Assembly: GCA_964438105.1 (NCBI GenBank)
Contig: CAYTJT010000003.1
Coordinates: forward strand, 1 to 48,377
DNA from: an uncultured Rhodothermales bacterium
GTDB lineage: Bacteria; Bacteroidota; Rhodothermia; Rhodothermales; JANQRZ01
Length of the DNA: 48,377 nt
Direction: 5' to 3'
The notes under the pieces: generated by a model
Databases searched by the model: none
What the model was told of the DNA's origin: nothing
The model's input: only the letters and a program-made list of their open reading frames with translations
Shown: in pieces, positions 35,209-44,158 of the stretch
Layout: each line of letters begins with the position of its first letter
Numbering within the stretch: position 1 is the first letter of the stretch
Made by a program: the position numbers and the translations under genes

Positions 35209-36525
35209 ATGTCCCGTGGATTTGCTCTCCTGACCCTCCTGGCCTTCGGCACGCTGACGGCGTGCGCGCCGACCACCCAAGTCGGGGACGATCCGATGGC
35301 GTCCGTCGACGCGGAGCAACTCGACCGGGCCATCGAGCGGGCCCGCGCCGACCTCACGCGCCGGCCTGAGGAGGCACGGATCCTCCGCGACCTCGGCGCC
35401 CTCCTCGCCCTCGCCGAGCGGTTCGACGAAGCGGGGCGTTACCTCCGTCAGGCCTACGTCGAGGACACCTCCGACCCCAAGACGCTCTACTTCCTCGGCC
35501 TCGTGAATGAAGCCGAAGGCGACCCGGGAGAGGCGCTCGAGTTTTACGGGCGCTTCCCGTCGGTCTCGGTGCGCTCGTCCTACCGTTCGCTACTGCAAGG
35601 GCGGTACGAGTACCTCGTCCGCGAGCGGCTGCGCGCCGAGGTGGAGCAGATCGCCGCGCGCGAGGATACGCTCGCCGCGGGCGAGGCGTCGTTGCAGACC
35701 GTGGCCGTGTTCCCGTTCGCCTACCTCGGGGACGAGCCCCGGTACGCGCCGCTCGGCCGGGGGCTCGGCGAGATGGTGCAGGCGGACCTCGCAGGCATCA
35801 GCACGCTGCAAGTGGTCGAGCGGCTCCGGCTGCAGGCGCTCCTCGACGAGCTCGAGCTCGCGCAGTCCGACGCCTTCGATCCGGCGGCGACGCCGCGCGT
35901 GGGGCGCCTCTTGCGCGCGGGCCGCGCCGTCGGCGGCTCCTTCGACGTGACCGACCGCGACCTCCGCATCGACGCGGCGCTGTGGGAGCTGGAGACGGAG
36001 CCCTCCCCCGACCTGCAGACGCGCTCGGACGACCTCGACGAGCTGTTCGACCTCAAGCGCGAAGTCGTGCTCGCCCTCGTCGAGCAGATGGGCCTCCAAC
36101 TCACGGCCGAAGAGCGGGCCTTCCTCGACCGGGTCCCGACGCGCAGCATCCAAGCCTTCCTGCTGTACTCGCGCGGGCTCGAAGAGGAGGACGCCGGCAA
36201 CTTCGCCCTGGCCGCCCAGCAATTCCGGCAGGCGGTGAAGGCCGACCCCTCCTTCGAGCAGGCAGCAGCCGGTGCGGACCGTGCCGCCGCCGTGGATCAG
36301 GCCGGAGGCTCCATCGAGCAGGGGCTCAGCGCGGCCGCTGATCTCGAAGACTTCGGTGGGATCGACCTCGTGGGCAGCCGCCTCCGGAAGCTCAACGACA
36401 GCGTGGGGGCCTCGTTCCTGCCTGGCGCCGAGGGAAACCGGGACAACCCGGCCGGAGAAGCTGCGGCCGCCCGTGACATATTCGAACCCCTTCCCCCTCC
36501 ACCCGCGCCGCCGGGCGGGAACTGA
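35209..36525 (+). CDS. Lipoprotein, TPR + CsgG/LpoB-like domain (paralog 2)
   Basis: Lipobox LLAFGTLTA|C. Core TVAVFPFAYLGDE...LQVVERLRLQALLDELELAQSDAFD...GRLLRAGRAVGGSF parallels the upstream gene. Flanking TPR-like helices. Confidence 0.6.
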   Translation: MSRGFALLTLLAFGTLTACAPTTQVGDDPMASVDAEQLDRAIERARADLTRRPEEARILRDLGALLALAERFDEAGRYLRQAYVEDTSDPKTLYFLGLVNEAEGDPGEALEFYGRFPSVSVRSSYRSLLQGRYEYLVRERLRAEVEQIAAREDTLAAGEASLQTVAVFPFAYLGDEPRYAPLGRGLGEMVQADLAGISTLQVVERLRLQALLDELELAQSDAFDPAATPRVGRLLRAGRAVGGSFDVTDRDLRIDAALWELETEPSPDLQTRSDDLDELFDLKREVVLALVEQMGLQLTAEERAFLDRVPTRSIQAFLLYSRGLEEEDAGNFALAAQQFRQAVKADPSFEQAAAGADRAAAVDQAGGSIEQGLSAAADLEDFGGIDLVGSRLRKLNDSVGASFLPGAEGNRDNPAGEAAAARDIFEPLPPPPAPPGGN

Positions 36526-36548
36526 CTCACTGCCGAACGACGATCCTT

Positions 36549-38240
36549 ATGACCTACAAGACGATACTCCGAGGGCCCCTCGTGTTGCTGCTCGCCGCGC
36601 TCGTGCTCAGCGCGGGAGCGCGCGCGCAGGACTGCGACTTCGAGTTCGAGGACGTCTGCGTCGAACTGCCCAACGGCATTCCCACGCCGGGCCGCGCGTT
36701 GAGCGTCGTCGTGACGGTGTCGGGGCCGGTGCCGGGGGATGGAAGGCTCTTCTACCGTCCGACGGGGGGAGGGAGCTACGCCGAGATCGTGCCGGCGCAG
36801 GCGGGGAACCGATACAGCGTCAGCGTCCCGGCCGAAGCCGTGACCGTCCGAGGGCTCGACGTATACGGCTCCTACCTTTCTGCCGATGGGGAGGAGTTCT
36901 TCTACCCTGAAGAGAACCCGGTGGAAGACCCCATCCACGTCCCCGTGTACATCGGGTCGTTCACCATCCCCGTCGAGTTGCAGGCACGGGAGTACCGGAT
37001 GATCTCCGTCGCGGCGAACGTGGGGACGGCGTCGGTCGTGGACGTGCTCGAAGACGATTTCGGCGTGCAGGATGTGGCGCGGTGGCGATTGATCCGATGG
37101 AACCCCGCGACCAACAGCTACGACGAGCTTCCCAACGTGACGAACTCGTTCAGCGACGGCGCGGCGTTCTGGATCATCACGGCCGACGGCGGCACCTTCG
37201 ACATCGACGTGTCCGAGTCGACGAACCCGGACTCGCTGCCGGCGATCACGCTCGCGCCGGGACTCAATCAGATCGGCAACCCGTATGCCTTCCCCGTTGC
37301 GTGGGACGCCGTGCGCGGGGCGCGCGCCATCGGTTCGCTGCTGGAGTTCGTTCCCGAGAACAACTCGTACCGGGAGGCGACGACGCTCGAACCGTGGACG
37401 GGCTACTTCGTCGAGAACTTCGAGGGCACGGCGGTGAGCCTCGCCGTCCCTGACCAGGAGTCCGTCGGCGGCGCGGCGCAGGGCCCCGAGACCAGCTACG
37501 CGGTGCGCGTCGAAGCGCGGGCGGGGGAGTACGTCGACTCGAACAACGTGGTCGGGTTCGCCGCGGCGGCCACGCCAGGGCACGACCGGCTGGACCTCGG
37601 CGAGCCGCCGCCCATCGGCGCGCACGTCGGCGTCAGCGTGGTCGAGCAGGGGCGCCGCGCGATGCGGAGCCTCAAGCCGCCGAGCGCCGACGGTGCAATG
37701 TGGGATTTGGAGGTGACCGCGACTGCGGGCCTACTCGATGATGGACCGCGCCAAGTGTCGCTCACGCTTCGAGAGGAAGACGTGCGACCGGCCGGCTTCG
37801 ACCTGTACGTGATCGACCGCGACCGGGGAACGGCCGTCGCGCTCACCGACGGCGCGCTCGACCTCACGCTGAGCGCCGAGCAGCCCGTACGCCGCCTCCG
37901 GCTGATCGCGGGCACCGAAGCCTTCGCCTCGGCGGAGAGCGAGGGGGCCCCGCTGTCTCCCACGGCCTTCGCGCTCGCTCCCGGCTACCCCAACCCCTTC
38001 GCCGCGCAGACGACCATCAGCTACCAGTTGGAGGAGCGCGGCGCTGCCACGCTCGAAGTGTTCGACCTCCTCGGCCGCCGCGTCCGCGTGCTCGCAGAGG
38101 GCGAGCAGTCGGCGGGCTCGCACACGATCGCGTGGGACGGCCGTGACGCCGCGGGCCGCCCCGTCGCCAACGGCGTGTACCTCGTTCGCCTTCGCACCGG
38201 TGACGCTTCGGCGACGCGCCGGGTGTCCGTCCTCCGCTAA
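36549..38240 (+). CDS. Secreted protein with T9SS type-A C-terminal sorting domain
   Basis: Signal peptide MTYKTILRGPLVLLLAALVLSAGARAQ. The last ~85 aa (GYPNPFAAQTTISYQL...LEVFDLLGRRVRVL...GSHTIAWDGRDAAGRPVANGVYLVRLRTGD...RRVSVLR) match the Por-secretion-tail pattern. The remainder is not recognised. Confidence 0.75.
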   Translation: MTYKTILRGPLVLLLAALVLSAGARAQDCDFEFEDVCVELPNGIPTPGRALSVVVTVSGPVPGDGRLFYRPTGGGSYAEIVPAQAGNRYSVSVPAEAVTVRGLDVYGSYLSADGEEFFYPEENPVEDPIHVPVYIGSFTIPVELQAREYRMISVAANVGTASVVDVLEDDFGVQDVARWRLIRWNPATNSYDELPNVTNSFSDGAAFWIITADGGTFDIDVSESTNPDSLPAITLAPGLNQIGNPYAFPVAWDAVRGARAIGSLLEFVPENNSYREATTLEPWTGYFVENFEGTAVSLAVPDQESVGGAAQGPETSYAVRVEARAGEYVDSNNVVGFAAAATPGHDRLDLGEPPPIGAHVGVSVVEQGRRAMRSLKPPSADGAMWDLEVTATAGLLDDGPRQVSLTLREEDVRPAGFDLYVIDRDRGTAVALTDGALDLTLSAEQPVRRLRLIAGTEAFASAESEGAPLSPTAFALAPGYPNPFAAQTTISYQLEERGAATLEVFDLLGRRVRVLAEGEQSAGSHTIAWDGRDAAGRPVANGVYLVRLRTGDASATRRVSVLR

Positions 38241-38245
38241 CCCCG

Positions 38246-39349
38246 ATGCCCGTGAGACGCCCCATACTCGCGCTTCTTCTCTTCGCCCTGGCCGCGCCCG
38301 CCGCGCAGGCCCAGCAGCCCTCCGCGCTCTACGCCGACGCGGACCGCCAGCCGATCCTCATCACCGTAGAAGGGCTCTACCAGCAGTTCTCCAACGACGG
38401 CGAGGACATCAGCGAGGTGAGCGTGCCCCTCGGCCTCCGCCTGCCCGTCGGGAACAACATCGCGCTCAGCCTGCAGACGAACTACGCGGCCGTGAGCGGC
38501 AGCGACATCGCGTCCGTCTCCGGCATCGGCGACGTGCAGGCCATCGCGAGCTATTTCCAGCCCGTGGGCGAGGCCAGTCTCGTCCTCAGCATCGGCTTCA
38601 ACGCGACGACCGGCAACAGCGCGCTCACGTACGAGGAGTTCCAGACCTCCACGCTCGCGGGCCAGACGGCCTACGACCTCCGCGTGCCCACGTTCGGGCA
38701 GGGCATCCGCGTGGCCCCGGCCGTCACCTACGCCTTCCCCGTCAACGACCGCCTCGCGCTCGGGCTCGGCGCGTCGTACCAGTACCGCGGGCCGTACGAA
38801 CCCCTCGAAGACGTGTCCGACTCGTACGATCCGGGCGAAGAGGTGCTGCTCACCGCCGGCGCCGACCTCGAGATCACGCCCACCTCGTCGTTCTCCATCG
38901 ACCTCTCGTTCGGGATCAACGGCACCGATTCGTTCGGGCCGGAGGGGAACGTGAGATCGTACGAGCCGGGCAACACGATATCCGCGACGGGGCAGTACCT
39001 CCTGCTGCTCGGGTTCCACGAGGTCCGCGCGGTCGCGCGCTACCGGGGGCGCGGGGAGGGGGCGCTGCCCGAGTCGAGCGCCACCGCCGAGACCGCGGTC
39101 CCGACGCAGTTCCTGTTCTTCGCCGACGGCCGGTTCGCGCTCACCCCGGTGGTCGGTCTCGGCGTTCGTCTTCGGGCGCGCTACTACGACGCGAGCGCGC
39201 TGTTCGAGGACGCGCAGACCCTCTTCGACGTCGGCATCCGCCCGGCCGTGGCAGTAACCGATCAGGTCGGGCTAACGGCACGGTTCGACTACACGCTCGG
39301 GAGCTTCAGCGGGTTCACGGCGGGGGGGGGGCTGCGCCTGTCGTTCTGA
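38246..39349 (+). CDS. Putative outer-membrane beta-barrel protein
   Basis: Signal peptide ...LLLFALAAPAAQAQQ. Alternating amphipathic strands and a C-terminal aromatic ending GGGLRLSF. Start is 5 nt after the upstream stop. Confidence 0.5.
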   Translation: MPVRRPILALLLFALAAPAAQAQQPSALYADADRQPILITVEGLYQQFSNDGEDISEVSVPLGLRLPVGNNIALSLQTNYAAVSGSDIASVSGIGDVQAIASYFQPVGEASLVLSIGFNATTGNSALTYEEFQTSTLAGQTAYDLRVPTFGQGIRVAPAVTYAFPVNDRLALGLGASYQYRGPYEPLEDVSDSYDPGEEVLLTAGADLEITPTSSFSIDLSFGINGTDSFGPEGNVRSYEPGNTISATGQYLLLLGFHEVRAVARYRGRGEGALPESSATAETAVPTQFLFFADGRFALTPVVGLGVRLRARYYDASALFEDAQTLFDVGIRPAVAVTDQVGLTARFDYTLGSFSGFTAGGGLRLSF

Positions 39350-39398
39350 GCGCCGACCGCACGGGGCGTTCGCGTCGCCGTGAATCGCGCTCGGCCGC

Positions 39399-39429
39399 TG
39401 TGAATCGTAGGGACTCTTGCCTATCTTTG
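39399..39429 (+). promoter_or_regulatory. Candidate Bacteroidota-style promoter for usp (-33 TGTG, N19, -7 TATCTTTG)
   Basis: TATCTTTG at 39422-39429 is a perfect TAnnTTTG, 20 nt upstream of the usp ATG. TGTG lies 19 nt upstream of it. GTGAATCG occurs twice, at 39380-39387 and 39400-39407 (starts 20 bp apart). Confidence 0.35.
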
Positions 39430-39448
39430 GAGGTCCTTCTGAGGCCTC

Positions 39449-39940
39449 ATGCCCCTGTTCCAGCGTATCCTCGTTCCGTTCGATTTCTCTCGCCTCGCCG
39501 AGCAGGGGGTGGAATACGCCGAGAGGATGGCGAAGCAGTACGGCGCCCATCTCGATGTTTTGCATGTGGTTGAGGAGCCGGCCTTCCCGTCGTTCTTTAA
39601 GCTCGGCGCCATGCGGATCTACGGCATGGTCCCGAACCAGGAGAAGGTGGCGTGGACGGCGCTCGAAAAGCGATTCGGGAATCCTGAGGAGCAGCAGAAT
39701 CTGGAGTTCCACGTCGTCAAGGGCAACGCGGATGTCGAGATCGTCCGCTTCGCGAGCGAGCACCAGAACGACCTCATCGTGATGACCTCGCACGGGCTGA
39801 CCGGGTTGCAGCACGTGCTGCTCGGGAGCGTGGCGGAGAAGGTCGTGAAGCTGGCGCCGTGCCCGGTCCTCGTCGTCAAGGCGTTCACGGACCAGACGCC
39901 GCCCGACGAGGTGCTCGGCGCGGCGGAGTCGGCGTCGTAG
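39449..39940 (+). CDS. Universal stress protein (UspA family)
   Basis: RILVPFDFS...LDVLHVV...DLIVMTSHGLTGLQHVLLGSVAEKVVKLAPCPVLVVK is canonical Usp. Confidence 0.85.
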   Translation: MPLFQRILVPFDFSRLAEQGVEYAERMAKQYGAHLDVLHVVEEPAFPSFFKLGAMRIYGMVPNQEKVAWTALEKRFGNPEEQQNLEFHVVKGNADVEIVRFASEHQNDLIVMTSHGLTGLQHVLLGSVAEKVVKLAPCPVLVVKAFTDQTPPDEVLGAAESAS

Positions 39941-40043
39941 CGGATCGCCGAATGGTGCCGTCGGCGCGGGAGCCGATGGTGTGGTGGTACGTTACAGAGG
40001 GCGCTCTGCTTGGGACGCCCAGACGACTACGTACCCGCCACTT

Positions 40044-41684
40044 ATGTCGAACCCCGCCCTCCTCGTCGTCGACGACGACCCCGACGTGCTCCGCGCGATT
40101 GCGCGCGACCTCCGGCGGCGCTACGGAAAGGACTACCGCGTCCTGCGCGCGTCGTCGGCAGACGAGGGGTTGACCGCGCTCGACGAGCTCAAAGAGCGCG
40201 GCGATCCCGTCGCGCTGCTGCTCTCGGACCAGCGCATGCCCCGGATGAACGGGGTCGAGTTTCTGAGCGAGGCGATGCGGCGCTTCCCGAAGAGCAAGCG
40301 CGCCCTCCTCACGGCCTACGCCGACACGCAAGCCGCCATCGACGCGATCAACCAGTCGCAGGTGGACTACTACCTCCTCAAGCCGTGGGACCCGCCGGAG
40401 GAGCGGCTCTACCCGGTCCTCGACGACCTCCTCGCCGACTGGCGCGCCGGGTATCGCCCGGGCTACGGCGGCGTCCGCGTCGTCGGGAGTCGGTGGTCGT
40501 CGGACGCGCACCGGATCAAGGATTTCCTCGCGCGGAACGCCGTCCCGTACCAGTTCATCGACGTCGAGAGCGAGGAGGCGGCCGACATAGACGTGGGCGA
40601 AGGCGGCCTCCCGCTCGTGATCCTGCCCGAGGGCGAGCGGATGGCGTCGCCGACGGCGCAGGCCCTCGCCGAGCGCCTCGGCCTCCGGACGAGCGCCGGC
40701 GCCGACTTCTACGACCTCGCGATCGTCGGCGGCGGGCCGGCGGGGCTCGCGGCGGCGGTCTACGGCGCGTCCGAAGGGCTGCGGACCGTGCTCGTCGAGC
40801 GCGAAGCGCCGGGCGGGCAGGCCGGCACGTCGAGCAACATCGAGAACTACCTCGGCTTCCCGTCGGGGTTGTCCGGGGCCGACCTCGCCCGCCGCGCCGT
40901 CACGCAGGCCGAGCGCTTCGGCGTCGAGATCGTCGCGCCGCAGGAGGCCGAGCGCCTCACCGTGGACGGCCCGTACAAGCGCCTCCACCTCGCCGACGGC
41001 AGCGAGATCGCGTGCCACGCGCTGATGCTCGCGATGGGGGTCTCGTGGCGCAAGCTGCCCGCCGACGGCGCCGACCGGTTCAGCGGGCGCGGCGTCTACT
41101 ACGGCGCGGCGATGACCGAGGCGATGAGCTGCCGCGACGAGTCGGTCTACATCGTCGGGGCGGGCAACTCGGCGGGGCAGGCGGCGATGTACTTCGCCGA
41201 GTACGCCGAGCGCGTCGTCATGCTGATCCGGGGCGACGACCTCGGCAAGAGCATGAGCCACTACCTCGTCGAGCGGATCGAGGCGCACGAGCGGATCGAC
41301 GTGCTGCTGAACACCGAAGTCGCGGCGTGCTGCGGCGGCGAGCACCTCGAGAGCCTCGTCCTCCGGAACCGAGAAACGGGGGAGGAGGAGGAGATCGAGA
41401 CGCGCTACCTCTTCGTCTTCATCGGCGCCGCGCCGCGCACCGACTGGCTCGACGGCGTCGTCGTGCGCGACGAGCGCGGGTTCGTCCTCACCGGCCCCGA
41501 CCTCGCAGACGGCCACCTCGACGGCTGGCCCCTCGAGCGCGAGCCGTTTCTGCTAGAGGCGAGCATCCCCGGTGTGTTCGTCGCGGGCGACGTCCGGCAC
41601 GAGTCCGTCAAGCGCGTGGCGAGCGCGGTCGGCGAGGGCTCCGTCGCCGTCCACTTCATGCACCAGCACCTCGCGACGCTGTGA
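40044..41684 (+). CDS. Response-regulator receiver domain fused to thioredoxin-reductase-like FAD oxidoreductase
   Basis: Start is an internal ATG of track ORF 39981..41684. REC: LLVVDDDPDVL...LLLSDQRMPRMNG. FAD/NAD folds: DLAIVGGGPAGLAAAVY and VYIVGAGNSAGQAAMYF. The TrxR CxxC position reads TEAMSC, with a single Cys. Confidence 0.85.
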   Translation: MSNPALLVVDDDPDVLRAIARDLRRRYGKDYRVLRASSADEGLTALDELKERGDPVALLLSDQRMPRMNGVEFLSEAMRRFPKSKRALLTAYADTQAAIDAINQSQVDYYLLKPWDPPEERLYPVLDDLLADWRAGYRPGYGGVRVVGSRWSSDAHRIKDFLARNAVPYQFIDVESEEAADIDVGEGGLPLVILPEGERMASPTAQALAERLGLRTSAGADFYDLAIVGGGPAGLAAAVYGASEGLRTVLVEREAPGGQAGTSSNIENYLGFPSGLSGADLARRAVTQAERFGVEIVAPQEAERLTVDGPYKRLHLADGSEIACHALMLAMGVSWRKLPADGADRFSGRGVYYGAAMTEAMSCRDESVYIVGAGNSAGQAAMYFAEYAERVVMLIRGDDLGKSMSHYLVERIEAHERIDVLLNTEVAACCGGEHLESLVLRNRETGEEEEIETRYLFVFIGAAPRTDWLDGVVVRDERGFVLTGPDLADGHLDGWPLEREPFLLEASIPGVFVAGDVRHESVKRVASAVGEGSVAVHFMHQHLATL

Positions 41685-41704
41685 CTGTGCTAACGGAATG
41701 GAGA

Positions 41705-41769
41705 GCGTGGAAAGGATGGAGGGGGTGGAGGGAGTGCTAGCCCTCTTTCTCCCTCCATTCTCTCCACGC
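41705..41769 (+). other. Long imperfect hairpin (purine-rich arm, then pyrimidine-rich arm) in the intergenic region before kef
   Basis: GCGTGG (41705-10) pairs with CCACGC (41764-69). GGATGGAGG (41714-22) pairs with CCTCCATTC (41752-60, one G-U). GGAGGG (41727-32) pairs with CCCTCT (41741-46). The loop is agtgctag. Confidence 0.4.
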
Positions 41770-41798
41770 CTCCCTTGCCCTCCTCACCGATTCACGTC

Positions 41799-44147
41799 AT
41801 GAACCTCACCCTCGCCGCCGCCGCCCCGCCGTTCCTCGTCGAGATCGCCGTGCTGATCGTCGCGGGCGCCGTCGTCGCCTACGTCGGCTACCGCCTCGGG
41901 CTCGTGCCGATCGTCGGGTTCTTGCTGACGGGCGTGCTCATCGGCCCGCACGGGCTCGGGGTGATCGAGGACCCGGAGATGGTCGACGCGCTCGCCGAGG
42001 TCGGCGTGATCCTACTCCTCTTCACGATCGGGATCGAGTTCTCGCTCGAAAAGCTGGCGCGGATCCAGCGGCTGATCTTCGGCGGCGGCGGGCTGCAGGT
42101 CGGCCTCACGACGGCGGCGACGGCGGGCCTCCTCGCGCTCTTCGGCGTGCCGTGGCAGGCGGGCATATTCACCGGCTTCCTCGTCGCGCTCTCGTCCACG
42201 GCGATCGTGCTCAAGCTGCTCGGCAGCCGCGGCGAGCAGAACGATCCGCACGGCCAGGTCGGGCTGGGCTTCCTCATCTTCCAGGACCTCGCGATCATCG
42301 TGATGGTCCTCCTCGTGCCGATGCTCGCGGGCGCGGGCGGCTCGGCGCTCGACATCGGGTGGGCGCTCGTGAAGGCGGGGCTCGTGATCGCCGCCGTGCT
42401 CCTCGGCGCGCGGCGCGTGATGCCGGCCGTCCTCGAGCGCGTGGCGCGGACGTGCTCGCAGGAGCTGTTCCTCCTCTCCGTCATCGCGCTCTGCTTCGGG
42501 ACGGCGTGGCTGACGAGTCTGGCGGGCGTCTCGGTCGCTCTCGGCGCGTTCCTCGCCGGGCTCATCGTCAGCGAGTCGCGCTTCAGCGAGCACGCCTTCG
42601 GCGAGATCATGCCGCTCCAGATCATCTTCGCCGCGACGTTCTTCGTCTCCGTCGGGATGCTGCTCGACCTCGCGTTTCTCGTCGCGAACCTCCCGCTCGT
42701 GCTCGGCGTGGTCGTGGCCGTGCTCGTGCTGAAGGCGGTCGTGGCGATGCTGAGCGCGCGGGCGCTCGGGTACAGCCTGCCGGTGGCAGCGGCGTCGGGG
42801 TTGCTGCTGGCGCAGGTGGGGGAGTTCTCGTTCGTGCTGGAGCGGGCGGGGCGCGAACTCGGGCTCTATCCGGCCGGGCTCGAAGGGACGGGCAGCCAGA
42901 CGTTTATCGCCGCGACCGTGCTGCTGATGGTGGCGACGCCCGCCCTCGCGAGCCTCGGCACCCGGCTCGGCCGGAAGATGGAGACGCAGCACGAGACCGC
43001 CGACGCGGAGGCGATGGAGGACGACGCCGGAGGACTCGCCCCGGAGCACGCTTCGATCGAGAACCACGTGATCGTGGCTGGCTACGGACGCTCGGCGCGG
43101 CGGCTCGTGCGCGTGCTCCGCGGCAGCGGGATCCCGCACGTCGTCGTCACCCTCAGCCCGCCCCGCGCCGACGAGGCCGAGGCCGACGGGCTCGTGGTCG
43201 TGCGCGGCCACCCGACGCGGGCGCACACGCTCGAAGAGGCGCGCATCGGCAAAGCCAAGCTGCTCGTGCTCGCCGACGACGATCAGGAACTCGCGCACCG
43301 CACGATCTCCGTCGCGCGAACGCTCAACCCGACGATGCGGATCGTGGCGCGCACGCGCTACCTCTCCGACGCCGAAGAGTTGGAGGAGGCAGGGGCCGAC
43401 CGCGCGATCGCACAGGAGTTCGAGATCGTCGTGCAGCTTTTCGCCGACTTGCTGCGCGACTACGGCATCGACCCCGACGAGATCGAGCGGCACGTCGAGA
43501 CGATGCGGAGCGGCGGGTACGTCGCGCTCCGCGAAGGGGCAAAGGACGCGCCGCGCGTCGTGTGCGACCCCGGCAGCGATGAGCTAGGGCGCCGCCACGT
43601 ACACGTCCGCGCCGATGCGCCGGCCGCGTCCGAAACGCTCGGCGCGCTCCGCCTCGCCGATCACGGCGTCACCGTCGAGCGGGTCGTGCGCGACGGCGAC
43701 GAGGTCGCGTTCGACGACCGCTTCCGGCTCCAACCCGACGACGAGGTGGAAATGAGCGGCTCGGCCGACGCGTTTCTCGACACCGCGCCGCTCTTCCGCG
43801 CCGCCGGGCTCGGCATGGATGCGCAGGGCTCGGACCTCGCCCGCCCGCGCTTCGACGGCTCCGGCGATGGGGCGGGGGGCGTGACCCCGGTTCGGCCGCA
43901 GGTCTACGGGGCCGACTGGTGCGCGCTCACGAGCGGCTTCCGCACCTACTTCGACCGAAAGGACATCGCCTACGACTACCACAACGTCGAGAAAGACGAA
44001 CGGGCGGCCGACGCCGTCCGCGCCATGCACGGCGGCAAGCTGAAGTTCCCCACCGTGGTCGTCGGCGACCGCGAGATGAAAAACCCGACGCTCGAAGAAC
44101 TCGACGACGCGCTCGCGAGCGTCGGCCTCCTCCCCGCGCACCCCTAG
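41799..44147 (+). CDS. CPA2 (Kef-type) cation:proton antiporter with RCK/TrkA-N domain and C-terminal glutaredoxin-like domain
   Basis: ATG at 41799 was chosen over the track's TTG at 41775. Multi-TM Kef-like N-terminal half (GFLLTGVLIGPHGLG). RCK: VIVAGYGRSARRLVRVL. C-terminus VYGADWCALTSGFRTYF...KFPTVVVGD is glutaredoxin/NrdH-like, but with CxxT instead of CxxC. Confidence 0.8.
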   Translation: MNLTLAAAAPPFLVEIAVLIVAGAVVAYVGYRLGLVPIVGFLLTGVLIGPHGLGVIEDPEMVDALAEVGVILLLFTIGIEFSLEKLARIQRLIFGGGGLQVGLTTAATAGLLALFGVPWQAGIFTGFLVALSSTAIVLKLLGSRGEQNDPHGQVGLGFLIFQDLAIIVMVLLVPMLAGAGGSALDIGWALVKAGLVIAAVLLGARRVMPAVLERVARTCSQELFLLSVIALCFGTAWLTSLAGVSVALGAFLAGLIVSESRFSEHAFGEIMPLQIIFAATFFVSVGMLLDLAFLVANLPLVLGVVVAVLVLKAVVAMLSARALGYSLPVAAASGLLLAQVGEFSFVLERAGRELGLYPAGLEGTGSQTFIAATVLLMVATPALASLGTRLGRKMETQHETADAEAMEDDAGGLAPEHASIENHVIVAGYGRSARRLVRVLRGSGIPHVVVTLSPPRADEAEADGLVVVRGHPTRAHTLEEARIGKAKLLVLADDDQELAHRTISVARTLNPTMRIVARTRYLSDAEELEEAGADRAIAQEFEIVVQLFADLLRDYGIDPDEIERHVETMRSGGYVALREGAKDAPRVVCDPGSDELGRRHVHVRADAPAASETLGALRLADHGVTVERVVRDGDEVAFDDRFRLQPDDEVEMSGSADAFLDTAPLFRAAGLGMDAQGSDLARPRFDGSGDGAGGVTPVRPQVYGADWCALTSGFRTYFDRKDIAYDYHNVEKDERAADAVRAMHGGKLKFPTVVVGDREMKNPTLEELDDALASVGLLPAHP

Positions 44148-44158
44148 CCCCGCCGCCG

